NCBI GenBank assembly: GCA_002269645.1
Contig: NIVC01003022.1
Coordinates: 1-63,097, forward strand
From: Macrostomum lignano
Lineage: Eukaryota
Length of the DNA stretch: 63,097 nucleotides
Direction of reading: 5' to 3'
Positions 61,796 to 63,097 of the stretch are shown piece after piece (the stretch's first letter is position 1; every line of letters begins with the position of its first letter). The notes under the pieces are model-generated. The model ran no database searches. It saw only the letters and a list, made by a program, of their open reading frames with translations, and was not told the origin of the DNA. The position numbers and the translations under genes were made by a program.

Positions 61796-62244
61796 TTAGA
61801 TGGAGTCACCGCTAGCAGCTCCTGAGCTCCGACTGATGGAGGACAGACCTCAGCGATTCTCAGCAGGAATGATGTCGCCACAGTTTCTCACCGTCAATAT
61901 CGTGCTGTCCAGTTCCTCATCAGATTCTGGAATTTAGTTGTCAAGTCCGACCTCGCTCAGCTGGCAGTTGTCGGCTCGGAGATATTTTGCTTCTTGTCTG
62001 CTTTTGTTTCTTTGGCGGCAGAAGACACACAGAGAGCGAGCGATATCATAGTGGCTTGGTATTCAGCTTGGGCTTTTTCTAGTGGACGATGCGAAGCCAG
62101 CCAATCAGAGCCCGATGAAAGCTTCCCCTGCTGCCTAGTTTCCAGGTCGGAATTCTCGCGTGTTGAGGGGTGCCAGAATCGCCAGGCAGAATTTATCAAG
62201 AAACAAAGAAACGTGAGAACTGCCGCATCCAGCGGCATTGATTA

Positions 62245-62428
62245 TTAACATAACATTAATCTGTGCCTGGCGCGTGACCGAGCCGCACGATAGCCATGGT
62301 GAAGCTGATCTGCAACTCTCTCTCCTGGATAAGGATGCTCAGTACAGTGTGTGCCTGCAGTGCCGCTTCCCTCCTTCTTCTTGTTTTTTTGTTTCTTCCT
62401 CTTAAAGACGGCCAGATGGCAGAGCAGG
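62245..62428 (-). other. Candidate terminal exon of an upstream minus-strand gene
   Basis: Strong 3' splice site (CTAAC branch, pyrimidine tract, CAG at 62431-62429) followed by LLCHLAVFKRKKQKNKKKEG...; the upstream exon is outside the window. Confidence 0.3.
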
Positions 62429-62459
62429 CTGTGGAAGGGAGAGTTAGAATAAGAACGTG

Positions 62460-63062
62460 AGCGGGAGGGGAGGGAGGGACAAGACGGAGAAGGAGGGAGG
62501 GAGAGACGGAGATGAAGGGTGGGGAGAGACGAAGATGAAAGGAAGTGAGAGACGGAGAAGAAGGGAAGTGAGAGACAGAGATGAAGGGAGGTAGAGACGG
62601 ACATGAAGGGAGGGAGAGACGGAGATGAAGGGAGGGGAGAGACGGAGATGAAGGGAGTGAGAGACGGAGATGAAGGGAAGTGAGAACGGAGATGAAGGAA
62701 GTGAGAGACAGAGATGAAGGGAAGTGAGAGACAGAGATGAAGGGAAGTGAGAGACAGAGATGAAGGGAGGAAGAGACGGAGATGAAGGGAGGAGAGAGAT
62801 AGAGATGAAGAAAGGAAGAGATGAGATGAAGGAGGGAAGAGACGGAGATGAAGGGAGGAGAGACGTACAAGAAGGGAAAGGAGAGACGGAGATGAAGGAG
62901 GGAAGAGACGGAGATGAAGGGAGGGAGAGAAGAGATGAAAGAAAGGAAGAGAAGGAGATGAAGGGAGGGAAGAGACGGAGATGAAGGGAGGAAGAGAGAC
63001 GTACAAGAAGGAAGGGAGAGACGGAGATGATGGAGAGACGGAGATGAGGAAGCAGAGACGAA
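62460..63062. repeat. GA-rich degenerate repeat
   Basis: GAGACGGAGATGAAGGGA-like units. Confidence 0.9.
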
Positions 63063-63097
63063 AATCAAGGGAAGTCCAGGTGCTGAGGTGCTCATGC

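Overview
Eukaryotic (metazoan) genomic DNA with spliceosomal introns. GC-rich exons sit between minisatellite- and microsatellite-filled introns. The style and gene content suggest a free-living flatworm such as Macrostomum (inference only). Six genes could be reconstructed exon by exon: a divergent bestrophin (+, 822-4966); a cytochrome-b5-fused front-end fatty acid desaturase (-, 6550-14551); two tandem NPY/NPF neuropeptide precursors (-, 23408-23903 and 26713-27523) predicted to release 36-aa -RQRFamide peptides; a group I PAK kinase (+, 38017-44095); and an acetylcholinesterase-like gene (-, 49554-60696) with a distant GPI-signal-like last exon. The most striking structure is a 3215-bp gag-only LTR retroelement (7563-10777) with two apparently identical 917-bp LTRs, PBS, PPT and a 4-bp TSD. 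It is inserted inside a coding exon of the desaturase, just before the QIEHH box. Other notable points: degenerate Ca2+ clasp in the bestrophin, degenerate CRIB in the PAK, G119S- and F331W-equivalent residues in the AChE, and six single-base frameshifts in G/C runs that look like long-read consensus errors. Most long ORFs in the supplied track are translations of tandem repeats, not genes. No rRNA, tRNA or CRISPR array is supported.
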